This document shows, piece after piece, positions 1-15,242 of a stretch of 64,000 bases of DNA (positions within the stretch are counted from its first letter, which is position 1; the number at the start of each line of letters is the position of its first letter). Source of the DNA: Macrostomum lignano (Eukaryota). The notes under the pieces are model-generated. The model was not told where the DNA came from. It did no database searches and worked only from the letters and a program-made list of their open reading frames with translations. Made by a program: the position numbers and the translations under genes. The stretch lies in contig NIVC01001306.1 of the NCBI GenBank assembly GCA_002269645.1, positions 186,482 to 250,481 of the forward strand. The letters are read 5' to 3'.

Positions 1-266
1 AGATATAATATTATAAAAACTTTTAAGAAAAAATATCTTGAAGATTGCTTAATGTTAACAAAAACTTTAAAGATATTGTATTTTTTGTTTATCTACATAG
101 TCAGATGACTTTTTAACCTTATAATTATCTTGGAAATATTATATTATATCTGAGTAATAACTCGACCACTAACAACTTTCGTCTGTCAATCATATTGGCA
201 TTTGCAATTTAGTTGCTATCCTTTGTCTAATCGAAGAAAGTCTATACCTCTAAAATCTTCTCCAAA

Positions 267-3187
<2,921 letters not shown>

Positions 3188-3593
3188 AATTGTCCGGCTC
3201 AGAAAACTGGATTGTCCGGTTCAGCTCTCGGACATTCCCAGAGTTGAGCCAGACGCGCTGTTGGTGTGGGTTCGTCGCTTGTGGGGTGTTTTTTAATAGC
3301 CACCGGTATAACAGTGAAACTTTCTTTCTCAATAGTTTTAATTATTATTATTAACATATTTTTAATCGATTTGTAAAATTTTGATTTCCTTGTACCCGAG
3401 CGATTTCTTCAATATATCTTATTATTCCGTATGGATGCGACCTGCCTCTTTTCTTGTATTTGTTTTTTATTGTAATAATTTACTCGCAAGCTAAATGATC
3501 TTATTAGGTTTTGTTATAATATAAACTATTAATGTCAGCCATTCCAGAATTAGTGCGACACGTTGCACTGTAATATGAATAGAGTTATATTAT

Positions 3594-3600
3594 TAATAAA
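3594..3600 (+). terminator. Candidate polyadenylation signal (AATAAA) of ATG8
   Basis: AATAAA ~400 nt after the stop codon; a second copy lies near 3826. Confidence 0.4.
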
Positions 3601-4084
3601 GAAATGCTAAGCTAGTCCCTGTGAATGAGACGTGCCTGCCTTGATTTAGGAATAATTGACTATTGCCAAGTTTGAAATTACTTAATTAATTGCCTTGTTG
3701 CTATCCAGGTCGGCTGCACATTCAACTTGTCTCTGATTCTATAATTTGTTATATTACGGTGAGGACTGAGACTTCTCTCTGTATCTAAATATAGCCTTTG
3801 GTGTTGTTCTTTTTTATCACAGTTCAATAAATGAATGTACGGGTTGTTGTCTAATTGAGATACTGTGTGCTCAAAACCTCCAACTGTACAAGGTTGCGAC
3901 TGCTATGCACATACTCGTAGTAATTAAATCTGTTTCTATACTAATATACAACTATCATCATGGCCATTCTGCGGATTAGAGTTTTATTTGTTATTTCGAC
4001 TAATAAACTGTAACCCATTTGTTTGCTTATAAAATCATTGCTTATAAAAAACAAAAGTAATATTTCAATTGGATCATACTGTCT

Positions 4085-4885
4085 GATCCTCCAGTGACCC
4101 TATCCGCTACTCTCTGACCTCCAGTGACCCTATCAGCTACTCTAATCCTTCAGTGACCCTATCCGCTATTCTCTGACCCTTCAGTGACCCTATCCGCTAT
4201 TCTCTGACCTCCAGTGACCCTATCAGCTACTCTAATCCTTCAGTGACCCTATCCGCTATTCTCTGACCCTTCAGTGACCCTATCCGCTATTCTCTGACCT
4301 CCAGTGACCCTATTAGCTACTCTAATCCTTTAGTGACCCTATCCGCTATTCTCTGACCCTTCAGTGACCCTATCCGCTATTCTCTGACCTCCAGTGACCC
4401 TATTAGCTACTCTAATCCTTTAGTGACCCTATCCGCTATTCTCTGACCCTTCAGTGACCCTATCCGCTACTCTCTGACCTCCAGTGACCCTATTAGCTAC
4501 TCTAATCCTTCAGTGACCCTATCCGCTATTCTCTGACCCTTCAGTGACCCTATCCGCTATTCTCTGACCTTCAGTGACCCTATCCGCTATTCTCTGACCC
4601 TTCAGTGACCCTATCCGCTACTTTCTGACCTTCAGTGACCCTATCCGCTATTCTCTGACCCTTCAGTGACCCTATCCGCTACTTTCTGACCTTCAGTGAC
4701 CCTATCCGCTATTCTCTGACCCTTCAGTGACCCTATTAGCTACTCTAATCCTTCAGTGACCCTATCCGCTATTCTCTGACCCTTCAGTGACCCTATCCGC
4801 TACTTTCTGACCTTCAGTGACCCTATCCGCTATTCTCTGACCTTCAGTGATCCTATCAACTATTCTCTGGCCCTTCAGTGACTCT
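4085..4885. repeat. 29-31-bp minisatellite (CAGTGACCCTATCCGCTATTCTCTGACCCTT variants) with a 90-bp higher-order period
   Basis: The marker TCTAATCCTT recurs at 4141, 4231, 4321, 4411 and 4501. Confidence 0.93.
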
Positions 4886-5384
4886 ATATGGCCTTTTAAT
4901 TTATAATTCGTAAGCTGATAAATGTACTTTTAAGATTTGTACTTCGTATTAACAGAACGAAACTCAAATTCACTTTAGATCGGAAATGTTTTGATTGGTG
5001 CAACTTTTCCAATAAAAAATCGGGAATGGCTGGTTAATAAAAGGTATAACTGTATTTGTTAGAGAAAACTGTCTGAACAATAAAATTACAACCAAGTTAA
5101 ATTCATAGGAATATACATGCATGCAATATATGAAGAAATACAGCTGATTATACAATTCCACCATGTTTCTGTTATTAAAAATCAACTAAATTCAGAAGCG
5201 GTATGTAAAAAAGTCATTCAGAGAATGAAAATGGAATGCAGGTCTGAATGTGGCAACTCAGAAGTAAAGCTAGCTAAAGTAAAAATGAGAATAATAGCAA
5301 AAAAGATTGATTGGTTCAATCCTAATTGTTTGTTCAGTTCAATAACAGATTGCTTGGCACCAAATATTGATAAAAGCCGCTGCC

Positions 5385-7333
5385 TTATGCAGTATTCAGC
5401 TGTACAGAACGCTGCTGTTGAATGCTCTGCCGAGGCTTGGGCTGCGGTGGCTGCTGCCTCCGCTCCGGTGGTGGCATCTGCGGCTGCTGTGTGTGTGTGG
5501 TGGATTAAAAAATAATTAAAGATCACTTTCAGGGTTTAAAATGTGCAGATTTAAAAATAAGCACAGTAGCTCACCTGGCTCGGAGTCGCCAATGCGGAAC
5601 CTCTCGGCTGCTTCCGGCCGTCGCCTCTATTCAACAAGTTCTTGGTCTCTGGCGCCGGGATCTGTGCTTCTTGATCTCCGGCGGCAGAGCAGAGCCGTCC
5701 GACTGTCCTGTACAAAACGGCGCCTGCTAGCGCGGCGAATGCGGCGTAGCCAACCAGCTGGAAGGCGCACTTTGCCATCACTAGTTTGCCGGAGGCGGCG
5801 CAGCTACCCGGCTGGCTGAGCCGCAGTTTGGCGCGGTGCAACTCAAAGCCGGCAACGGCCAGGCCGGCTGCCAGCACGGCTAGCAGGGCCGAGCCGCCGG
5901 CCGTCAGTCCGGCCGACCAGGACTGGCTGGAGCGGCCGAGGCTGGCCGACAACAGGCAGGAGAATCCGGTGGCTGACAGGCCGACCCAAATCCCGCTGCC
6001 GTAGACAGCGTAGTTGCGGCGGAATCTACGGTGCGTGCAGTAGGGATTCAAAGCTTGGGGATTTTGATGTTCGCTTTTCGCTTTTCGCCTTATCTCCTCA
6101 TTTTTATCTCTAATCTCCACTGCTCTCCCTTCTCTACTCTCCCCTGTTCTCCCTTCTCTACTCTCCACTGTTCTCCCTACTCTACTCTCCACTGTTCTCC
6201 CTACTCTACTCTCCACTGTTCTCCCTACTCTACTCTCCACTGTTCTCCCTACTCTACTCTCCCCTGTTCTCTCTACTCTACTCTCCACTGTTCTCCCTAC
6301 TCTACTCTCCACTGTTCCCCCTACTCTACTCTCCACTGTTCCCCCTACTCTACTCTCCACTGTTCTCCCTACTCTACTCTCCCCTGTTCTCTCTACTCTA
6401 CTCTCCCCTATTCTCTCTACTCTACTCTCCCCTGTTCTCTCTACTCTACTCCACTGTTCTCTCTTCTCTACTCTCCACTGTCCCCCCTACTCTACTCTCC
6501 ACTGTTCCCCCTTCTCTACTCTCCACTTTTCCCCCTACTCTACTCTCTACTGTTCTCCCTACTCTACTCTCCCCTGTTCTCCCTACTCTACTCTCCACTG
6601 TTCCCCCTACTCTACTCTCTACTGTTCTCCCTACTCTACTCTCCCCTGTTCTCTCTACTCTACTCTCCCCTGTTCTCTCTACTCTACTCTCCCCTGTTCT
6701 CTCTACTCTACTCTCCCCTGTTCTCTCTACTCTACTCTCCACTGTTCTAACTTCTCTACTCTCCACTGTTCTCTCCTTTTTATTCCTACTGTTCTTCCTT
6801 CTTTACTGCTCTCCTGTCTTCTCTTTTCTCTTTTCTCTCCTCTCCTTTCTCTTCTGACCTTTCCCTCTTGTCTAATATTTTCTCTTCGCTGGCTTTTGTG
6901 GTACTGCCACAAAGTAAGGTGATAGTCGACCCATGTCAAATGGCACAGAAGACATAAATATAATGCACATTCCGCCAACTCAAGGCCCTGACTTTCTCAT
7001 AGTCGGGTACATGGTTGGCAGCTGGTATGAGTTACTCAAAGGCATGAATTTCCCAATTAACCCAAAATTAATGCGACTGACCTATGCAACTGCTACAAGC
7101 AATGGAGCAAATAATGACGCAGTGCCCTAAAAAAATACTAACCCAATGGTGATGACTTCAAATAGTAGTATCAAGCCTGACCAGATCATCAGAATAGGTG
7201 GTATTGCCATGAAAAACTGCTCTCTATTACTAACTTTCTGTTTAGTGACAATGACAGGTTGTTGGGACTCCATGTGGACATTGCCATGGCTAATTCTAGC
7301 CAATTCAACTGAGCCAGCTGTATAGGACTGCAT
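5385..7333 (-). CDS. Four-transmembrane CD20/MS4A-like membrane protein; exons 7333-7143, 6025-5575, 5486-5385 (247 aa)
   Basis: Donor GG|GTTAGT at 7143/7142 (phase 2) fits acceptor CCGTAG|A at 6026/6025; donor CAG|GTGAGC at 5575/5574 (phase 0) fits acceptor ACACAG|CAG at 5487/5486; total 744 nt. The product has four hydrophobic segments, a GSGIWVG motif at the start of TM2 resembling the CD20-like family signature, and a Gln/Pro-rich C-terminal tail. The family call is by eye. Confidence 0.72.
6115..6775. repeat. 24-bp minisatellite (CTCTACTCTCCACTGTTCTCCCTA), ~27 copies, intron 1 of the MS4A-like gene
   Basis: Tandem units; source of the ESRVGRTV / LHCSPYST repeat ORFs. Confidence 0.93.
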
Positions 7334-9367
7334 GTGTCTCTAGAATAGAAATAAATTAAGATTTATGACATATTATTAGCATTTAGGAACTTTGTAAAAA
7401 TTTGATTAGTAGATACTTTGAATCATGAATCTACTAATTTTATCATGCTAGTTAAACTTCATTGAGTTTTTGGTCTTCAGTTTAGATCATAATCATATAC
7501 TGTATTTTAAATACTATTTTAGTTATATTTGATTATCTGAATAAAAAACAACCAGATATCTAAATTTATAAAAAGTATTAATAGAGACTGATACTTTACA
7601 GGTTTAAACTATTGAAAAATATAAAAAGAATTAACAAGTAGACAAAATTTGAAGTCATAATTGTTTATGAATCTATTGTTCTTATAATAAGCTATAAATT
7701 TCAGCTATTGTCTTTATTGATATTGATAAAATTGATTAGAAATTAAATTAAATTTCTTAAATTCTTTCTTATTTCTTAAATTAAGAAATAAAAAGTGCAT
7801 AATTAAAAAAATAAAAGTGATAATTAATTGATAAAAATTAATATTGATTAATACAAATACCTAATTATAAAACAAGACAAAGCAAAAAAACATTTTTGAA
7901 TCAATTTATCAAAAATCATCTTGAATTCTACATCTTTGGTTTGCTTTTTGCTGGAGGACTCTTGTCTTGAGCTCAAAACAAATGTAATTAATTGACATAG
8001 CTAGTGCTTGAATTTATTTCAAGACTAGAATGAGAAATTTACATGATTACAGGCTTTTAATCTCTGCGTGGTACAACTATATAGTATATAGTGTTATGTA
8101 AATGTTCTAATCTAATCAATCAAGACGATTTAAGAGAATGCATTATGATTTACTTTCATTAGCCACTATTTGTGAATTTGTATGCAATTTGTAAACAGCA
8201 AGCAATATATACATATACAGAAATTGCGTCTCAGTTTAGTCGAATTTCCATTTCCTCTCATTCAGTGTTTCAGGCCAAGAACCGACTCATTTTCCAACAA
8301 CTTAACTGCAACGTACGTTCGGAATAGCAACGATCGTTTCCTAGAAAGTTACGTTTTTGAAAATCAAGAATTTATATTTTTAACAAAGGCACGAACGAAG
8401 TATAATTTTGTTTTTATGATGCTTTTAATAGAATAAAATTTGAGAGTAAATTCAAAGCAACGAAAAATTTTTTGCCATATGACTTTATTACTTTTAAAAA
8501 ATGTGCAGCAACAGATATAGTGCAAACAAACTGACTTTCAGTGACTTCAGTTAATGTTCACAGAAAAATTATAATTTAAATGCATGTATGACGCATACGT
8601 ATCTTTAGGCTTTTTGTTTTTCATATTGCTTATTCTGGTTCTAGATTCTGGTTCTTTGTCTCCTAAACTAGAGGGATATTAGTGCTTTAAAGTTGTGATT
8701 ATTGAATGGCAATGCCAAGAAGAAAGTGAAAAATTGTGCAAAGTGAGGCAGTCAAACATTCAACAAAGTTTAATTATACTGCTTTTTTCTGGGAAATCCG
8801 AACCGATTCTGGTTCTGGAATTGGTAATGTTAAAAGCCCCTTTCTAATGGAACAATAAAAGATGAAGTCGTTTCAGAAAGCTCTGCTTTTCTTGGATTTG
8901 TCATTAATGTTCTGTATGCCCGAGTAGTCATACATGATCTTAAAAATTCTATACAGCAGTCCCGAAAAATAAACTATCAAAAAGGATATTTCATATTTTC
9001 TCCCGCTTTTTTGACACTGCTTAAGATTGTTGAGTTTGATAGCATCTTTCGTTGGCAACCGGTTAAGTTAACTAAAAGTATTATAAGAACCTTAAACGAT
9101 AAAAGGGTAATTGAAACTTTTCTTACCTTAAGCTTGCAGTTCAAAAAGATTTAGGTAAAAAATTGTTTTATTGATTTAAGAATAATACGGAAGATAAAAT
9201 ACAACTTTTTGATTTTCTTACTACTTTGTTAAACACTGATATTAAGTTTTTAGAGTCATCTCAAAATTCAAACATTTTACTTTTTGCGAGATCTACGGGA
9301 TAGATAGATCTAGATTAGAAATTATTTGCATCTTTGGTTGATTCTTAAGTCGACTAAATAGCTTGAA

Positions 9368-11209
9368 ATGAATCTTTCCGGTTTCTCTATTATTATTTTG
9401 TCTCTTGTTTGCGCTGTGCTCGCCACTGACATTGACAAGATCGAATGGGGAAAGCACCATGACAACAAAGAAGTATTTGAGATTCTAGAAGCAGTAAACA
9501 AGAGATGTCCTGATATCACTTCTTTGTACCATCTTAAATATCGTGATACATCTGGTAATGAACGCGACGAGACTCCACGAGGCAACAAGCTCCATGTTCT
9601 TGCTTTTGGAACGTCCGAACCAGGTAAAAAAATTGTATAGAGCAAAAATGTCTGACCTAGTTTTTCTTTGATGGTAATGAGTCAAACTCATGACAATGTT
9701 ACAATGTAATGGTTTTTCATTAAATTGTATTTTCTTGTATATAATCGTGTCTGTAGCCCTGAAGAGTTCCATTTTGCTACACTATTTAATTAAAAAATGT
9801 TTTTTTTTGTTTTTAAAGAAATGGTTGATTACAGGCTTTTACTTTAAGAACTATACTTAGCAGTTAAGAATTATACTTACTTTAAGAACAGCATATGGAA
9901 AATCTATATGACATTAGTTTAAATATATTTTAATACAGTTTTGCACATTTTAATACATATTAGGTCCTATGCATTCATGCTACTTCTATGGTTCTTTGGT
10001 ATATTTTAAAGGAAGTCTTTGAGCTATGCCACTATGGTTCTGCCTTTGATATAGTTTTTTTTTGTAATAAATAACTCATAACTTATATATACAGTTTAAT
10101 TGTATTCCATATGCCACAGTTGATTTTTTATTGTAAATGAATGCAAGCAAGTAGTTTAAAGTACTTATACTTTGAAAAATATGTTAATATGACAAAATGT
10201 TTTAGGAAATAAGCATTTTCCTTCTAGTTTTATATAACCCTATTTAGAATATTCTCTATTTATTGATGTACTGGTTAGTTTTTTTTGCAAATAGATATCA
10301 ATAACAACTGAAATTGACCCTGGGTTCAAAGTTGCACCCAACACCCAGACAAAAAACCTAGATATTCATATTCTATTTTCTTATGCTAGTTTGGTATGGA
10401 TGCTTAGTATAGATAGATGTTTTCTCTCAAAATAGTTTAATAAGCTAATTCATAGAAGCATGACATTTCTAGTAAGAGGTAAAAAAGGTACTGTTATAAC
10501 AAATACTAGCAAAATTTGTTTCCAAACAGGCCGCCCAGAGTTCAAGTGGGTTGGCAACATGCATGGCAACGAGGTTGTTGGCCGCGAGCTGATTCTCCGC
10601 CTAGCTGTGGACCTCTGCCTGGGCCATCGCAATGGCAACCCGCTGGCCGCCAGCCTGGTTGGCCGCGCCCGCCTGCACCTCATGCCCAGCATGAACCCTG
10701 ACGGCTGGGAGATCGCCAACGACCCCTCCGCCCCAGGCCGTCGCACCGAGGTCAAAGGCCGCCAGAATGCCAACAATGTGGACCTGAACAGGGACTTCCC
10801 AGATCTGGACAGGCGCATCTACGAGCTGGAGCGAGCCGGCACTGGACCGTTCGACCACCTGTTTAGCAACCACACTGGGCGGTTCGTCAGCTGATTTGGC
10901 ATTATTTTATAATTTTGCAGCCCCGCTTTTTAACTGTTTATAATCTGTGTATTTCGAACAGGGTTTGGCAAACTCTGGCCTATATGCGGTCCGCAAAGCC
11001 TCTATCCAGCCCTCGGGTCCTTTGAAACTTCACAGTAGCCATCCGGCCCGTCAAGGTTTGTGTTTCTCAACTCTCTTCTCTCTAATCTACTCTCTCCTCT
11101 CTCTCATCTCCTCTTCTCTCTCTCTCTCTCATCTCCTCTTCTCTCTCTCTTTCTCTCATCTCCTCTCTCTCTCTCTCTCATCTCCTCTTCTCTCTCTCTC
11201 TTTCTCTCA

Positions 11210-11243
<34 letters not shown>

Positions 11244-14200
11244 ATCTCCTCTTCTCTCCTCTCGCCTTCTCTCTCCTCTTCTCTCTTCTCGTCTTCTCTC
11301 TCTCTCTCGTCTTCTCTTCTTGGGAAAAAATCTTGGGATTTAGATTCAGCAGTTATTCCGTTGTTATCCCAGGATTTAGTTGCTGAGCAAATTCCCTATA
11401 ATATCGATCCGATCAAAAATCCATAAATGGCATATAGAATCAACACCCTCCCTACTACACAGGTGCGGCCGCCAGCCCGAGACCTGCATGGTGATGAAGT
11501 GGATTCTGACCAACAATTTCGTCCTGTCGGCCAACCTGCACGGCGGCGACAAAGTGGCCAATTATCCCTACGACGAGTCCCGGCCAGACAGCCCCAATGC
11601 CTATTCGGCCTCGCCAGACGACCGCCTGTTCCGCCAACTTGCCCTGGCCTATTCGTCCGGAAATCCGGCCATGTACGACCGGCGCTACGCCTGCCCGGCC
11701 GAGGGCGGCGCCGACGGTCGGCCGAATCCGTTCCGCCGGGGTGTCACCAACGGCGCCAAATGGTACAGCGTGGCCAGCGGCATGCAGGACTTCAACTATT
11801 TGGCCTCCAACTGCTACGAGATTACGGTTGGTGTTTTTTTGTTTGTTTTTACAATAGCAGAAACTAGTCTTTGTCACTTTTTGTGTGTCTTTGTTGGTGA
11901 TGGTTTATGGGTCTTTGTTGGTGATGGTTTTATGGGTCTTTGTCGTGGATGGTTTTATGAGTCTTTGTTGGTGATGGTTTTATGGGTCTTTATTGATTAT
12001 GGTTTTTATGGTTCTTTGCCATTGATAGTTTTATGAGTCTGTCGATAATGATTTTATGGGTCTTTGTTGGTGATGATTTTTTATGGGTTTTTTTGTTGAT
12101 GATTTGATGGGTCTTTGCTTGCGATGGATTTTGTGGGTCTTTGTTGGTGATGGTTTTATCGGTCTTTGTTGGTGATGGTTCATTGGTTTTATGTGTCTGT
12201 TATTTATGGTTTAAGGGTCTTTGTTATTTATGGTTTATGGGTCTTTGTTATTTGTGGTTTTGGGGTCAGTTCTTGATGGTTTTCTGGGTCTCTGCTGGTG
12301 ATGGTTTTATAGGTCTTTATTGGTGATGACTGTGTGTCTGTCGGTGCTATTCTACATGTATAATTCAGAGATAATTGCTTTTAAACTGCACGCGGTCCAC
12401 ATCCTTGTGCTACATCCTGGATATGGACAGATTTTCAAAAAATATGCTATGTTAGATTTAGGAATTTATTTCTAATTTTAGCAATTTCGCCACTTCGCCG
12501 TATACCCTGGTTCGTGTAGTCGCAATCTGGGGCAAACGAACAATTTTTTATGATTCGAAATTTCGCAATTCCACAGCCGGGAAGCAATTATAGCAATTTG
12601 GCCAGCCTGTTTCTTTAATCCGTCCTGGAGCAATCTGGCTTCCCTTTGAACTTAACGAGTTGTCTTTGACTTGCTTTGCGTGCCAGTACGTGGGCGGGGC
12701 CGAAATCGGGACTTGAGCATTCTGATGAGCATTGGGTTTTTATACTGTTGAGATCTGCCTGCCTGAGACTCGACGGCGAAATCTCTCAGAAATCTTGCAA
12801 AAACATTTCGACTATTTAGCAAGCATGTCAGTTGCTGGGCCATCGCCCTCCCAGATCCTCAGTTGCTGGGCCAGCCTCCCAAATCCTCAGTTGCTGGGCC
12901 TCCTTCCCAGATCCTCAGTTGCTGGGCCTCCTTCCCAGATCCCAGTTGCTGGGCCATCGCCCTCCCAGATGCTCAGTTGCTGGGCCATCGCCCTCCCAGA
13001 TGCTCAGTTGCTGGGCCAGCCTCCCAGATGCTCAGTTGCTGGGCCAGCCTCCCAGATCCTCAGTTGCTGGGCAGCCTCCCAGATGCTCAGTTGCTGGGCC
13101 AGCCTCCCAGATCCTCAGTTGCTGGGCAGCCTCCCAGATCCTGACTGTGGATGTCTTCCAGTCCCCATACAGTCCAGTGAGTGCTTACTAGAGCGGCTTC
13201 CCCCTCTCCCACCAGGTGGAGCTGGGCTGCAAGAAGTACCCGCCAGGCAACGAGCTGCCCCGCTACTGGGAGGAGAACAGGCAGGCCTTGGTCAACTACA
13301 TGTCCGCCGTGCACTTCGGCATCAAAGGCCAGGTTACCAAGGCCGGCAGTCCTGTTGCTAAGGGTGCCGCTGTTATCACGGTTGACCGCATCGACACCGA
13401 CGGATCTGTGCTGCCCATCCTGCACAATGTGAACACCGGTGAGGGGTGATTATCATATGTGGAGGGCTATTATCACATTTCATTTTAGTGGTTATCATCT
13501 GTTGGGGGCGATTATCATATTTAGGCGATTATCACATTTGGGCGATTATCATACGAGCGTATTTAGGCGATTATATCACATTTGGGCGATTATCATATTT
13601 GGGCGATTACAGTCGTATCATCTGTGGGTGGGGGCGATTATCATCTGTGCGGGCGATTATCACATTTGAGCGATTATCATCTATCTGTGCGGGCGATTAT
13701 CATCTGTGCGGGCGATTATCACATTTGGGCGATTATCATCTATCTGTGCGGGCGATTATCATCTGTGCGGGCGATTATCACATTTGGGCGATTATCATAT
13801 TTGGGCGATTATCATATTTGGGCGATGATCATCAATAATAAACGCTTTTGGTGCAGAAGATCAATTAGCGACCCGCACCCGTTCCCACAGGAGCGCACGG
13901 CTACTACCACCGCCTGCTGACTGACGGCCCCTTCGCCGTTACCACCAACGCCCCCGGCTGCGCCCCGGTCACCAAGTGCGTCATGATCGACAACGGCGTC
14001 AACCTGGAGCGCTGGTCGGCCCGTCAGGTCGACTTTCACCTGTGCGCTGACGCCGCCGCCACCGGCTCTGGCAAGCCGCGCCAGATCGACTCGTCCTGCG
14101 AAGGCGTCCTGGTTGATGTAAGTCTGGGAGGGCGGAGGGCAACTGCCCGCTGGTGCTGTGCCATTGCACGACTATGAAATTGACCTTGAGAATCGCCCCT

Positions 14201-15242
14201 CCTCTAAAAAAAATCGGCAGTGAGAATCGCCGTCCTATAAAAATCGCCACTGATAATCGCCCCCCCCCCTATAAAAATCGCCACTGAAAATCGCCCTCCT
14301 AAAAAAATCGCCCTCCTAAAAAAATCGCCAGTGAGAATCTCCTCCCCCCTATAAAAATCGCCACTGAAAATTTTCCTCCTATAAAAATCGCCCTCCTAAA
14401 AAAATCGCCACTGAAAATCGCCCTCCTAAAAAAATCACCAGTGAGATTCTCCTCCCCTCCTATAAAATCGCCAGTGAGACTCTCCTCCCCTCCTATAAAA
14501 TCGCCAGTGAGACTCTCCTCCCCTCCTATAAAATCGCCAGTGAGATTCTCCTCCCCTCCTATAAAATCGCCAGTGAGACTCTCCTCCCCTCCTATAAAAA
14601 TCGCTACTGAGAATCGCCTCCCTCCTATAAAAATCGCCACGGAGAATCGCCTTCCTCCTCCTATAAAAATCACCCCTGAGAATCGCCTCCCTCCTCCCAT
14701 AAAAATCGCCACTGGGAATCGCCTGCCTCCTCCTATAAAAATCGCCCTCCTATAAAAATCGCCAGTGAGACTCTCCTCCCCTCCTATAAAAATCGCCCCT
14801 GAGAATCGCCTCCCTCCTATAAAAATCGCCACTGAGAATCGCCTTCCTACTCCTATAAAAATCGCCACTGAGAATCGCCTTCCTTACTCCTATAAAAATC
14901 GCCACTGAGAATCGCTTTCCTTACTCCTATAAAAATCGCCCCTGAGAATCGCCTCCCTCCTCTCATAAAAATCGCCACTGGGAATCGCCACCCCATCCTA
15001 TAAAAATCGCCACTGAGAATCGCCTTCCTTACTCCTATAAAAATCGCCACTGAGAATCGCCTTCCTCCTCCTATAAAAATCGCCCCTGAGAATCGCCTCC
15101 CTCCTCCCATAAAAATCGCCACTGGGAATCGCCCTCCTATAAAAATCTGCCCTAATACTTGCCCCTCCCACTAGTTATAAATTTTGTACTAAATGTACAG
15201 CTTTTGTATCTTTAAACTACGCTAAAATTTCAGGGTGAATAA
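9368..15242 (+). CDS. Metallocarboxypeptidase, M14B (carboxypeptidase E/D-like), secreted; exons 9368-9623, 10530-10881, 11463-11826, 13216-13438, 13891-14117, probable last exon 15234-15242 (~476 aa)
   Basis: Signal peptide [19 protein letters not shown]; [13 protein letters not shown] (zinc ligands H69/E72), [14 protein letters not shown] (R127, N144, R145), LSANLHGG (H196), GAKWYSV (Y248), YEIT|VELGC (catalytic E270 across a splice junction), then a transthyretin-like domain (GIKGQV...GYYHRLL). All junctions are GT-AG and phase-compatible. The 9-nt final exon (GGT GAA TAA after TTTCAG) is the least certain part. Confidence 0.93.
11068..11320. repeat. CT-rich low-complexity tract in carboxypeptidase intron 2
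   Basis: Almost pure C/T on the + strand. Confidence 0.9.
11895..12325. repeat. Degenerate ~25-bp repeat (GTCTTTGTTGGTGATGGTTTTATGG) in carboxypeptidase intron 3
   Basis: Recurrent GGGTCTTTGTT / GGTGATGGTTTT motifs. Confidence 0.8.
12828..13143 (+). repeat. 28-bp minisatellite, same family as in ATG8 intron 3, in carboxypeptidase intron 3
   Basis: Units such as CAGTTGCTGGGCCAGCCTCCCAGATCCT are identical to those at 2518-3067; some variant and deleted units. Confidence 0.93.
13447..13826 (+). repeat. ~17-18-bp GGGCGATTATCA-core repeat in carboxypeptidase intron 4
   Basis: About 20 copies of GGCGATTATCA with short variable linkers. Confidence 0.88.
14190..15147 (+). repeat. ~35-bp repeat (AAAATCGCCACTGAGAATCGCC..CCTAT) in carboxypeptidase intron 5
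   Basis: About 27 degenerate copies; the AATCGCC core is the reverse complement of the intron-4 core. Confidence 0.88.

Noticed and set aside
3935-3950. TCTATACTAATATAC resembling a Helitron 5' end
   Set aside because: Preceded by T rather than A, lies in AT-rich DNA, and no matching 3' end was found.
7127-7142. Apparent homopolymer frameshift or premature stop after ...ITIGLVFF in ORF 7127-7333
   Set aside because: Explained by a GTTAGT splice donor at 7142 that joins in frame to the exon at 6025.
8873-9058. Short minus-strand ORF MPTKDAIKLNN... between the divergent genes
   Set aside because: No homology recognised and no supporting splice structure.
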